Part shown: piece by piece, positions 51,721 through 64,000 of the stretch
Numbering within the stretch: position 1 is the stretch's first letter
Layout: each line of letters starts with the position of its first letter
Origin: Dicyema japonicum
Lineage: Eukaryota; Animalia; Dicyemida
Reading direction: 5' to 3'
NCBI GenBank assembly: GCA_011109175.1
Contig: RDEW01000024.1
Coordinates: forward strand, 427,199 to 491,198
Length of the DNA: 64,000 nt
Program-made: the position numbers and the translations under genes
The notes under the pieces: generated by a model
Databases searched by the model: none
Seen by the model: the letters and a program-made list of their open reading frames with translations, nothing else
Told to the model about the DNA's origin: nothing

Positions 51721-52115
51721 TTGAAGCCGGAATGGAGATGCAGTATGAGTATCTATTGGAAAAATTAAAAAGAAACCGCTGCACTCCATTTTATTTCCGT
51801 GTTTGAAAGACACAGAAGTGAATATTGCGGAATCCTATGTATGGCTATTGCATGGAAATCACTTCCCTGTAACCGAGAGCGTGTTGACTACTGAAGTGGA
51901 TACTTCAGGATCGTTACATGTTTTTGATAACGGGAAAACTAAGTGCGGACATTGCAACTCAGCAAAGAATACCGTCGATCACCATGCAACTAGGTGTGGG
52001 AGAATGGTGAATAGCTCGTATCTCAGGCGCGACAATGAAGTGGTCAGATATTTAAACCTACATCTCTACAGTCAACATGGAATAAGAAAAACTAAGAAAC
52101 TGAAGACCCATTAAG
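51720..52115 (+). mobile_element. R4/Dong-like CCHC region
   Basis: CGHCNSAKNTVDHHATRC..YLRRDNEVVRYL. Confidence 0.75.
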
Positions 52116-52559
52116 TGAAAGCATTATAAAGCCCACTAAAGTAAACCTAAAGTATCCGAACTTCAATAATCCGAATTTTTTGACGAGTCAGCAAAATATT
52201 ACGAAGTTCCCCTACAAAAAGGGTTTAATAATCCGAAAGATATTTATTAAAAATTTTTTATTTAACCCAAGACCACGGTAAAACCAAACTATTTATCACG
52301 TGATCACGATGCATTCTAACAGAAACCTCAAATTCGTGTGTGAGAGGATTCTCAGTCCACCAAATCGAATTGGTAAGGTTAGTTAGTACCATCCGTCAAA
52401 CTAAAAGTTCGTAAGGCGTTCGGAAGTGGTCCGAAGCGTTAAATCCTTATAACCGTAAGTTGACGTTTTCTATTATCCAAACGTTTAGAATATCCAAGTT
52501 ATTTACTTTCCAATTATTTTAATTTAATAAAAATTAAATATGATTTTAGGTTGATTGTC

Positions 52560-54280
52560 ACATTTATTTATGAGGGGCGATATCTGAACGAGACAATAAC
52601 CCTTCAAGAAGTTCAATGTATACGACTTAAGAATGATAAGAGTCCTCGTCCAGATGAGCTCAAGGCGAAACTTTTTAATACGAAACGTATAAACTATTCA
52701 AAATAATCCCAGAATTCTGAAAAATTGCAAAAACTGAGAAGATCTGGCTTTTGCAAAAAGGCTGGATACGAAAACAAGACTATGGTTGTAAAATTCGTTG
52801 AACAAGCATGTGCTGCTTTACAAAGTGAGGACCTGGGACCGACTCAAAAACAGTTGGACTTTTTCCATTAAACTCAATTAAGGCAACGATATCGTTAGAA
52901 GGATCTCCACGAACAGACTGTATACGAGAGGATGAAGTGTAGCCAATCTAGATTAAGATCACGGAAGCTAGATGGAGCTGAAAGCCCAAGCTAGCGTGGC
53001 TATGGAGGACTTTTTAAACCTCACGCTTCCAGATTCCGTGGACGATAAAAAACCACCATCCCTATGGTCCATGTTTTCTTAGAACCTACGGAGTACCACG
53101 TGATCCCCGTCTCAGTTCCTTTGTTTCCATCCAAAATGGGTCTTGCTTTTTCCTACATCACTGGAAGGGTTCCCACAACGGCGGATATAAATGGATGTGA
53201 CGCTTGGAAAGGTTGCGTTTTTTAATCAAATTTATTGTTAAACAGAAGACCCAAATCAGATACCAGCTGCCAAGAGACAATTAATAAACTTAGTATACTA
53301 GTACCCCCAGGTTCCCGAGTTGTATAACAGAATGGGACTGATAAACGTGTTAACAATTTTAGCCGTAGTCCGAGAGAGATCTGCTTTTTTTTCTCTTTTT
53401 TTTCCAAATATTCCACATTTTCTTAAAGAGAGTGGCCAACATCTTCCTTTCTACTGATATCCTCCGGATCTCCCAACAGTGAACCAAGTTTTTTTTGTAT
53501 CTCCATTTTTCATCATTTCTTGACGATGTGGGTCCAATTTGTTTTGATGAGATTTATAGTGGTTTCCATTTGGGAGTGATATCTCTGCTGTACGTAGTGC
53601 GGACTCAAGCAACTCCTTAGTGGTGGATACAAAGTCCACATCATCCGCGTATATAAATTCGGTGTTAACTGGGGCCATAGTCTTTCTCAGATCTCTCAGA
53701 GCCGCCTACAACAAAGAATCACACTATCCTCGTTTAATATGTCGGTTAGCATGTTTATCAGGTTTTCTCTGTTGATGCTGTCGAACGCCTCTTCGCATAT
53801 TTTTGGAATGCAGCTCTACCAACGATGACTCCATACAAAATCAAAGATTGACCGTCTGCGCTTGAAGCCACTCTGAATGAGTGACAGGTATCCCCCTACA
53901 GTGTTTTGTATACGATTTAGAACAATAAGATAATAGGTCTGAGATTTTCTAGTAATCCTTCTTTTTTCCAGGTTTGTGAAGTGGTAGTAGTATACTGGTG
54001 GACAGTGGTTTCGGTGTTCCAATGAATTGACTGATCCATGCATTGCCTACTTAGAATAATGTCCTGAAATAGCGGCAAGTGTGATTTGCTTGTCTTCTTG
54101 GTTCAGTATAATGCGGTCACACACTTTGACAGATGACCTTGGTGATTCCCTCGTTAGTATTTGACTGCAGCAGACATTCTACTCCCATATTTGTGTTACT
54201 TTGTGTGCTTCGTCATCCAAGTATTGATTAATTAACCCCTTTGCTCGGTTTCTTCTTTAATTTAGCGGAGAATTTTATTC
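52560..54280. mobile_element. Cluster of decayed RTE and LINE fragments on both strands
   Basis: KSPRPDELKAKLF (+); YADDVDFV and QSGFKRRRSIFDFVWSHRW (-). Confidence 0.65.
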
Positions 54281-54729
54281 CGTTTTGTTATTAGAATGTT
54301 AAATAAATTTTGTAGAAAAAACAGCAAGGCCGCAGGTCCTACCTTGAACATCACGCTGATGAGGTCAAAGCCAGGAAAATTGGCCTTGCATTCTTTTATT
54401 GACGTCTTGATATCCCTCAAGGCGATTTCATCTCAACAGCTCTGAGTCAGTCCAAAGGATATTTAGTTAGTTCAAGGGAATCTCTTTCCTGATCTTCAGG
54501 AATCAAGGTTATGAGATCGATGCATTGAATATTCTACAGCTGATTCATGAATACATTAAGAACATCCTCCAATGAGTAAGTGCCCCATCTCGATTATCTA
54601 GGAGAACCTTGCATCTATACGCGGATCAATGACGAAGACTCTCAGGACGACTGAACAAGTAACCTGGATTGTTCAGAATCGAAATTTGTGGATGATCTAG
54701 AGTGTGTTAGAGAACTCCAAAAACTAAAT

Positions 54730-55270
54730 TATTATTATTAACCCAAGAACACCAATAGCTAATTTAATGAATTAATTAAGTGATCTCGAAGGCCTCCTCG
54801 TACGCCTTCTGGGATCCAACACAACTTTTATGTGGGCGGGGTGGTTTCGGGAATAGGAATTGGAGAGGGGTGATGTATACCCTTCTCATAAGACACGTCG
54901 TGACTGTGTATTGTTGAGAGTTGCACTGCTTGCACAGGGTAGCAAATCCCTTTCCATTTTGTCGGATAAGGTCTTCAAATGATGAGGGTATTAGGATTTC
55001 TAGTTTCCCGAGATTACTAGTAGTAGTGGCTGTTAAGGCCTTGAATGTCCTGGATTCTTTGTTTGTTCGTCCAGGACAGATTGATTCCCCATGACGTACA
55101 GACATAGCTGACAGATGGCTCAATGAATTGTTTGTACAACAATTTCCAAGCTGGGAAAGGGGTTTTAATGCCGTCAGATGTTCAAGTTTCAAAATTTTAC
55201 TAATTTTCAGTTTCTTAGTAAAAGGTATTTTTGTCTGGTTGATAAATAAATCCACTGTCATTTGTCCAAG
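54730..55270 (-). mobile_element. I/Jockey-like LINE 3' ORF2 fragment
   Basis: CKQC-containing C-terminus ending ..EIT*, followed by a (TAA)n tail. Confidence 0.6.
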
Positions 55271-56479
55271 TCGTTTTTTTTAAAGCCTTTTCACGAGAGC
55301 CATAGTATTTTATAGCTCCGCATAGGCAGGACACACACTTTATTTAAGTAAAGAACAGTTAATTTTAACTAATCGTAGAACCAAGGAATGATCTTCACTT
55401 CTTTTTTTTCTTTTTCTTGTGTGAGTGTCCTTTCTAGACAAATCCAGTTCCGCAGTGAGTATTCACTGATGACGGCGTCACTCGTCAAACCTCGTTTGTC
55501 TGAGGTAAATAAAGACAAAGAAGATTTTTCAGTAGATATATCAAGCCGGTTATAATTTAGCCAAATTTGAATCTTGTGAAGGTATTCTTGTAGTCTTTCT
55601 GATGCCTTTGGGATATCTTGATCGCGGATCCGATGAATAAGTCATCAGCATATGATAGGATGAAATCATCTTTGCTCGAAGAAAAGGCGTCTTTGCTAAA
55701 AAGGAAATATTTCTAATTAAATTACGAACATTAATTTATATACAGAAAATAAATTATTATTAATTAACTATATGTCCTGTTAACTTTAGCGTGGTGTTAG
55801 TAGTCTACCGATTCTAAAGGATTTGGAAACGCCCAAGGGCACCTAATGTCCACCGAAAAAGGACCTTAGAACCCCCTCCTCCCTAAGAGATGCATTTCAC
55901 AGATGATCGAACTTTCCCGGAGGAAATCCTCGGCCCATCCTAGAGAAAATCACTTAACTGCTCTTCAGCTGAACATAAATGGAATTAAAGAGAAAATCAG
56001 GTAACTTCGCTCACTCCTGGCAAGTCAGAAGATCACGTGACCATGATTCAATGGAACCAAACTCACTTTTAAACTCTACCCCTTCATTCCCCTGATACAA
56101 CGCTACCAGGATGATTTGTAGAGAGAAGAGGTGGAAGTCTGCTCACTCTATACAAAAACAACCTGAACTCCAAGGACATCTCAGAAGTGAGGAAACTGTT
56201 GGGGATGATGAGGATACCAAAATAACTGGAATATCGCCGGGACAACGAAGGGAACACTATGGTCTATGAATATCTACGTTCCGTCCTTTGTTACTGCCCG
56301 AAGAGCTATGTTATGCCAAACCTATAAAGATTGGTTTCATTCAATATCATCATCTGAATGCGAAGCATCCCTTTTGGTTGTCAACTCAATTTGCCTACAT
56401 TGAAGAACACGATTAGAGCTGAGGTATTTCCTAAAGTCACAATTTATTAGTCAGAACATAATTACTTCGTCAGAGACCG

Positions 56480-56880
56480 ACTATTTTCAAAAACGAGGCA
56501 GGAGTATTACGAGATTGGTAGGGATGATTGGGACACTCATCTCAAATTGTGTATTTGTCAGGTATTTGTTGCTTTTTATCTTCACAGGAATGAAATTACT
56601 GAACACGAAACCGCCTTAGCTAGAAGGTCAAGGGATCGCATTCCTGACTTAATACACCTAAGGAGAAACCCAGCAATGAATGATGGATATTCAAGGGTAT
56701 GATTTCTGATATTCAAGTTTAGATTTTGTTCGTTGTGGAGTCTCTTAAAATATATTATGGCTGAGCTGGATAAAAATAAACGACAGATGAAATTGTGTTG
56801 CTCTTCCAAAATATGTTTTTATGTCTTCTGGGTTGTGATCTTACATACAGACAATGGTAAGGAATTTTCAATTACTTAGT
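56480..56880 (+). mobile_element. Decayed Ginger/integrase fragment
   Basis: ILHTDNGKEF motif near 56840-56868. Confidence 0.45.
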
Positions 56881-57099
56881 GGAGGATTTATGCAGAAAAT
56901 ACTCCATAAAACATGTTTGAGGTAGGCCACGAGCTCCCTGGATTCAGGGACAAGTTGAAAGGGAAATTGTATGCTACAATTTGTAGGTTTAATCAAAGAT
57001 TTACCGTTGAATGTCTTCGGCATCTCGTTTAGAGAGTAATGGAGAATACGGAGCTGAACAACGAAAGAATGTCGAGACGATGAACTAATGATAGCGAGA

Positions 57100-58170
57100 A
57101 ACACAGCTTTCGAAAACCTGGTGATTGCAGCTGAGATGATTAATGCCGAAATTGGAAATTTGACGTCATGGGAAATAAAGTGATTTAAGGGTGCGCAAAA
57201 ATACTAATTTTTAGACAAGAAAAATGATCTGAATATCCCCCGGTTTCCATTATACGATGGACTGGATTATGAGTAATGCAACGTAGTTTAAAGAGATGAC
57301 TGTAAGAGAGCATATTCTTATCATTTGTGTTTATGCAACTAAGCCATATATGCAATATTACTTTGCCAAATGAAGATGAAACCATCAAGACTATATCGGC
57401 ATTATCAAAGTAAGCATTTGACTAACTTTGAAAAACTAAGTGAGTGATATTTCTACACTCCTGAAAACAAACGATACAAGGAACATACATTATAGACTAA
57501 TGGGTGGACTCATCTAAATCATGATGGGAAATCTTAAAAATTACACTCATCAATGATTCCGTTGAAGAATCTAAGAAATCGGAACAAATATTGATTTGGG
57601 TTTTAATTCAAAACTTAATGAGGTTAGTATCGTTCATGTTACAAGGCGTCTTTTTCGTTTTCAGGATTAATTTTCATATTCCTTAGTGGATGATGGATTC
57701 ATTCAAATCCAATATTTTTAAATCTGATTCCGAAGTAAGAGAGGAATTAATGGACCTCGAAATAATACATCTTATGAAATTAACTTTCAGATACTTAAAT
57801 TTTGCAGAATTCGAACATTAATGAACAATTTACAAATTTGCGGAACTCGATCTCTGATACTTTAACTAAACATCTTGTTGAAAGAGGATTCAAATTGAGA
57901 AGTGAGCGAAATAAATTAAAAGTTTGTGAGGAAATTTTACTGAAGTCAAGTCTAATATTGAAATGTTGGTTAAAAGTCATCAGTTTTTCAAGGATCACAT
58001 TAATTAATGATTATTGCTTTTTCAATAAAACTATTCGTTAACGAGCTAAATATATGATTTTTTTAACTTAATAAAATTCTAAACAAACTTAAATTTACTT
58101 TTGGGCGGTGGAAGTTTTGGCTGGGTGATAATTCAAAATTGGGCGGGAAACACGTTAAGAACAGTTTGTG
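57100..58170 (+). mobile_element. hAT (Charlie/Buster-like) remnant
   Basis: EVREELMDL-like segment; GC-rich subterminal gggcgg blocks and a gttaagaaca end. Confidence 0.4.
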
Positions 58171-59537
58171 TAGATGATAGCAATAATGCTTTGTTAAGTT
58201 TCGCTACTTAATGGCTCAGATTTAACAGTCTCAACAACTACCGTTACTTTCGGTCATACGGTTAAACGCTTTAACGGTTAAATTGATTGCGCCTCATTTA
58301 TAACTTAACCTCTTTTAGAAAGTGACAGATAATGACGATAAAAATCCCAGTCCACACATGATATGTCGTATTTTAAGAGGATGTCCTCAATAATATCCGG
58401 TTCCAAGTTTATAACAAGTTCCTGTTATATATGATCGCTTCCGATGTCTCACATAGTTTTTGGTTTCTCCACATAGGTTTACAGTTGTGGTGAAACAAGG
58501 AAGATCCCAAGCATGTTTCCACCAAGGTTAGATGATTCAGATGTCAAGACTTCTATCCAATTATGCTCAGTTAAGAGTTCAATCGTCGTCCATCTTTTTG
58601 TTTATAACATCCGTAGCTCGTTCATCGCATTTAGGTCACCCACCAGGATTGACATTGGATTTCACTCAAAGGACTCGATATTCTCCGTAAGCAATTCCTC
58701 ATGTCCTTCGAATATATGGTGCCACGATGCTGATCCAAACAACAGACTTCGATATACGAATTCGCATTGGGAGACCGAAATGATGTTTAGGTTCCGTACT
58801 ATAAGTTATCACGGTAGAAGACGGATATTGCAGAACCAGATATCGCACAACATATCCACCGAGTGGTATCCTTCCACAACCTTCTGTCGTTGCAATTAGT
58901 GCCAGATTGTGATGCCTCTTCCTGGGGATCGGGCATTCACAAGCACAATCTTTTTACTGGTATTTGGATGGCGTGGGCTCTCCATTGCCAGGTCCACCAT
59001 CTCTTTTAAATCCATTGTACTATGTTACTTTAGTCTAGGAGTTATCTATTTAAGTTCCTGGGAGATCCTCTCAGAAACGTTCTTTTAGCTTGCCAATTCC
59101 GTTAATTACTTTAAGTGTCGACCACTCGTCTCCTCCTCTCTGCAGGGTTATGTGCATCTCTGGTCTCCTTTTCCTCAGGTCTAGTTCTGTCTTTGTCTTA
59201 TGTAGGTTCAGGTTTTGCCTAGCTACTTTTTGCTGTCCACGGTCTCCCAATATCGCCTGTCCATCATTTTCTCTCTGCTGGTTTTGTTCATACTTTTTTT
59301 GGCGATTGGACGTCCACCATATCAAGGACAATGTGCGGTCGAGCCACAATTGATGCAATTTGGCATTTTTGCTTTAAAAATTCATAAATGCAAAATATTT
59401 GCCGACCATAACACTCAGCACACTTAGTGTGCCACGAGAAAATTGCCACAGCCAAATACAAATTTGAATAAATTTATTTCTATTTTTTTGGTTTAATTAA
59501 TTTATATACCTTTATTTATAAAGTTAATGTTTTAAGG

Positions 59538-60960
59538 CAAGGATGTCAAAAATAATTTTTTCCGCGGGTCGGATTAAAAAAATTTTGGATTCCGCGGGCC
59601 AGACTATTAATTTTTGATTTAACAGGATATTTGATTCATACTATGATTTTTATAATATATTGAAATTTTTTTAATAATTTTTGGTTCAGACACCTGGAGC
59701 AGCAGCTTCGACCATGGAAAAACTAAAAATCAAGAAATATTCTTCCCTCGCGGACCGCTACCTATTTACTCCTGTTGCGGTCGAATCATCGGGAGCCGTT
59801 GGTTCAATGACAGCTGAGTTCTTGCGCGAACTCGGAAGAATGCTTGCCAGAAAGAAAAGGGATCAACGAGAAGCGTTATGGCTGAGACAAAAGATTTGAA
59901 TAGCCATACTCCGAGAGGAACTTGTTCGCTATCTATGCAGCCGACTTCCTCTACTAACATTTGTTTCTTTGGTTAATAAATTTTTTTTCAATTTAAAAAA
60001 AAATTATTTAAAACATTTAACAACACATTTATTAATTTTTTATAATTAAAATATGTTCCTGAAACTTGACGTCTTTTTTTCTTCAAAATATCGTCAATAT
60101 TTGGTGTAAAATCCTGAGTTACCGTCAATCTAAGAATTTCACTAGATGAGTGTGTGAGCCTTGGAATACTTCGGCAAGAGATATTTATAAAAGCTGCCTA
60201 AGCCCACCATGGTGAATTTATTTTTCAGATCTGAGTCACATTTCAAATCAATAATTTTCAGTTGTAAGCTGCCTAGAAGATGAGCAATATTTGCAGTAAA
60301 TGGTGATCGAAAAACAGCGAATTTATATTCTAGTTCACGGAAAATTTCAAAACGTGTCTCAAGTCCTGTAATTTTTTATTTATACCGATTCATGTCAACA
60401 TTAGATGTGGTGGAAATTACACTTTTTAACAGGGTTTCATTAGTTTCATGGTGAAAGCTTGTATGTATTCAAAATATTGTGTAACAACTTTTTTCGGCCT
60501 AGAAAACTTTTGTTTAGTGTGTTCAGGTGTTCTGTAATATCCACCAAAAAAGCTAAATCTAGCGACCAATCAAGAGATTCCATTCTGGCAATGGATTGTT
60601 CTTGTGTTTGATTTCTCTCTTAAATAAAAAAATCTCTTCAATACTACTCCTCGACTTAACCACCTTACTTTGGAATGATTTCCCACACCTCGATTTTTCT
60701 CTTTTTCCCCATCAAGTTATTGTATTCTGAGCATGGTGGGTTTCGTAGTGTTGTCGAATGTTTTATTCTTTTACCACTGAAATTTCTTGTCTACGCACCA
60801 AACAATTGGGTTTCCAAGTTAAATCGGCAAAGAAATATTGAAGCTGCCACTTTTTTGGAACGATCTGCATTCGGTATCTACGTTTTGTTGCAAAAGGCAT
60901 TTGCACAAGACCAGAAAAACTATAATAATATGTGACATGCACGGAGCGCACATTAATATT
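59538..60960 (-). mobile_element. hAT SPIN/GTF2IRD2-like transposon, internally deleted, with a CRE 3' fragment (59681-59970,+) inserted
   Basis: KWQLQYFF..KPNCLV..ISVVKE*NIRQHYETHH (BED-like) and LQLKIIDLKCDSDLK; gcggg(t/c)c subterminal motifs at about 59564-59602; the CRE part reads FTPVAVESSG. Confidence 0.7.
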
Positions 60961-61049
60961 TTCAGCAAAAAATAAAGTCAGTTACAATATTATCACAAGG
61001 AAAACTGGATAAAGTATCAAAACCGCTATTCTTCTTTAAGAGAGATGTG

Positions 61050-62440
61050 AGAGATACACTACATTCCGCAAAACAACATACTCTCACGGTTATTCTATTG
61101 AAAAATCTTGGAGACTGTGGAGTTACTATTCGATGGAAACAGAAACTGATACTGTCAATACTGAAACCTGGGAGACCAAGAGATGACCCAGCGTCTTTTA
61201 GACCTGTGTTACTTTAAAACAGTGCTCTGCTCGGTCGACATACACAAAGCTTTTGACTCAGTCTCCAGGTTTCTCATATTCATGCGCCTCGTGGGTACCG
61301 TCCATATTTTGGACAAATATAAAAAAATCGAAGAAGTGCGACGCTTTCCACGACTGGAGATTGCTTACATACTTCTTTGACCACAACTTGTATGGTTTTG
61401 ACCCAAACAACTTCAACTCTCTCAGTAACGCACGATACTACTTCAATAGTGTAGTACGTGAGGGTACGAGGACTTTTGTCAAAAAAAGCCAATTCATTTC
61501 ACGAACAAGCTTTCACGCGCAACCGATTTATTTATGAAGGAATGAAATTGTTCTAAAAGTCTACAGATTCAATCTTGAAAGACCACGTGAGGATTCAACC
61601 AGGAGGGTCTGTAATTACCTCATATCCACTCTAAGCAAACACTCTTGTTGAATACTCTTTGGGGCTTCACATACTCTGTGAGGAATAATCTTGGGGCTTT
61701 ACAGATTCTCCATCAGCAGGAACTCAATCTCAACCCTATAGAAATTATCTGATATACGACCAATTTTAAAAGACGGCTCTTAAAGACCATTATCTCATCT
61801 GTGTGCCTTTTCAGTAATTATAGAAAAACTCATTCTCGATCAGGTTGAACCTCACCTTAAAGAAGAATCCTTTCAATGTGGATTTAAGAAGGGTCACTCT
61901 ACAACTTCTCACCTTACATGCCTAACGAAATTAATCAAAGAGGCAAACCTCGGCATCAAAAGACATTTATGTGCTCCATTGATAAGAGGGCTTTTGACAG
62001 ATTCAGAGGAAATTACTCACTAGGAAGATTTTTGGCTCTAACATTCCAAACAAGTGAAAATTTGGCTGAAAACCTTTTTACGGACAAAGAGGAAGAGTAA
62101 TTTAGCATTCCACATTTTCTGCCACTAATTTTTTTACCAAATGGTCCCCTCTCTCATTCGGTTACAATTTTTGTTGTTCCCAATAAACCTCATAATCTCT
62201 CTAAATATGGTATTTTAGTAAAATAAGTAAAAAAACGAATTTATAAATTTGCTTAGAACGTAATCAACGAGGTCCGACTCAAAGTTGAATGAGGACAAGG
62301 AGAAATTATTGAGATTATGGGGGGATGACTGTGGGGAGAAATAAACTGCCTTCCGTGTGGACGGCTGTGACCTGACTCTATATGTCAAGTTTAATGACTG
62401 AGTGATAAGGGACAACAGGGAGGAGACTAGACCCTCCGGA
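61050..62440. mobile_element. Decayed I/Jockey-like LINE fragments
   Basis: ILKPGRPRDDPASFRPV, VDIHKAFDSV and QCGFKKGHSTT motifs. Confidence 0.65.
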
Positions 62441-62559
62441 CAAGACTCGTGGTTTAACCTTACTTAATTTTTGTTATTAAAAAAATTTTTAATCCAAATA
62501 AAACCTCAATAATAGCATATTTAAGTGTGAATATGTGTGCATTCGATTTTAAATTAATT

Positions 62560-63650
62560 ATTTGCCTTTGTCATCGATTCTACAGCTTCAGTGATCACAA
62601 CTCTATTAACTTATGGTACCTGGATGATGTAACTATTGGAAGGAACTGGGAAATTGTGGTCAAGACCACGTCTCTGCTCTCTAAGCACTTGAAATTGCGA
62701 AAACATTAACTATGATTTCTACTTATCTCCTTGCGCAGAGTACGACTTTAACTATGATTTCTACTTATCTCCAAAAAACTCAGTCACCGGAGTCGAAAAC
62801 GAAATTTTCCTACATGGCAAGAAAATATCAACTCTCTTGCAAGTACGAATCCGTTCAACTATTCTCGTCAACATAACAACTCTTGATTCTCACAAGGCGC
62901 TATTTTTCCTCAGAAATTTTCATCTCAAGTCTCGACTCTTTTTTTCTACGGACATTTCATGGACTTCTAAGAGCCGTCGACGAGAGGCTAAAGACTGCCG
63001 TAAAAAAATACATAATATTTTATTTGATAAAACTGGCTATCCAATGTAAATTACTTCCGTCTTCTGCTCTGATACTTACTCAAGATTGTTACGAGTACCT
63101 CGTTGTTAATATAAAGAACAACATCCGTTCTTTTATGGGAAGACTATATTTTGTCAACCCGATCGCTTTCGATAGAAGAAACGCGAGTGCGCCTGATTGC
63201 GATAGGGTATGTCTTCAGGAGGTTGACTGCCAAGACTGCCTTCCGATAAAGTCATTGAAGCACCACTGCCTGTTGTCTGGAGTTTCCCACGGAGCACTGG
63301 GAACGTTTCGGATTCATTAGAGTTGGAGCTACTTTACGTCTTGGACTAAAGATTCATGTACCACATTCATGCGGTGACCAGAACGACTGTTTTGGTCTAC
63401 CCAATATCTCCCAGACACAAAACCTTAACAAAGTAGTAAAAGGGCTATGGATGCAGAAAATCAATCCGTCTTTGCTCGAACCTGTCAGCGTAATGATGGA
63501 AAAAGGCAGATGAAATGCCCATCTTTGCGTTTGAAGCCGGGAACCATCTGGTATAGGAGTTCACCTGACGAATACCTTTGACCCAAACAACATCCACCAG
63601 AGTTCATCCAAAGCCTGCTCGACCACTGTGAATATACTGACAAAGTAATA
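62560..63650 (+). mobile_element. Decayed CRE element fragments
   Basis: NLWYLDDVTIG, LDSHKALFFLRN and LEPV..EAGNHLV motifs. Confidence 0.7.
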
Positions 63651-64000
63651 TTTACTCGTTATTAATTCTCAATTTGATCGATACAGAATATTAGCTTTAA
63701 GAATTCAAGACATTTTTTTGAGTAAATACTAGCGTGTCAAATAGAATTTTTCTTTTGTTATCTCACCTTCAATGAATGAGATATCCGAATGAATTTTCAA
63801 TTAACTTGCAAAGGGGATGTGCAATTTATTCTCCATGGAGTAATTCCGTTTCTACCGAATTATCGTCTTTCTACGAAAAGACTGAAACTATGTGCTTACC
63901 ATTCTATTTCGCATATAGCAATATTATTCCATTCACATACTTTTAGATCTTGTCGAATGACATTCCTTCTGCAAGAATTTTTCTAGAGTAAGGGACACCC

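Overview
AT-rich, repeat-dominated nuclear DNA from an animal with extremely small spliceosomal introns (mostly 22-27 nt GT..AG), which is why the ORF track looks fragmented. HIPK, TANC and SYCE2 point to Metazoa; the micro-introns and divergent proteins suggest a reduced parasite such as a myxozoan or dicyemid (inference only). Host genes spliced by hand: SYCE2 (968-1357,-), a HIPK kinase (9976-11542,+), EXOC4/Sec8 (24371-27008,-, 13 introns, frame closes exactly), a TANC/rolling-pebbles P-loop-ankyrin-TPR protein (37599-40878,-), a LAMP-like membrane protein (49198-50113,-) and an intronless orphan ORF (16299-16964,-). There are also RPS13 and LanCL pseudogenes. The rest is mostly decayed non-LTR retrotransposons (CRE, RTE, I/Jockey-like, R4/Dong-like) and DNA transposons (pogo/Tigger, hAT). 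One Ginger-like integrase transposon has both TGT..ACA termini, a 5-bp TSD and a transposase split by about 7 micro-introns. Several otherwise intact genes carry single-base indels in short homopolymers, most likely assembly error. All family assignments come from motif recognition, not database searches.
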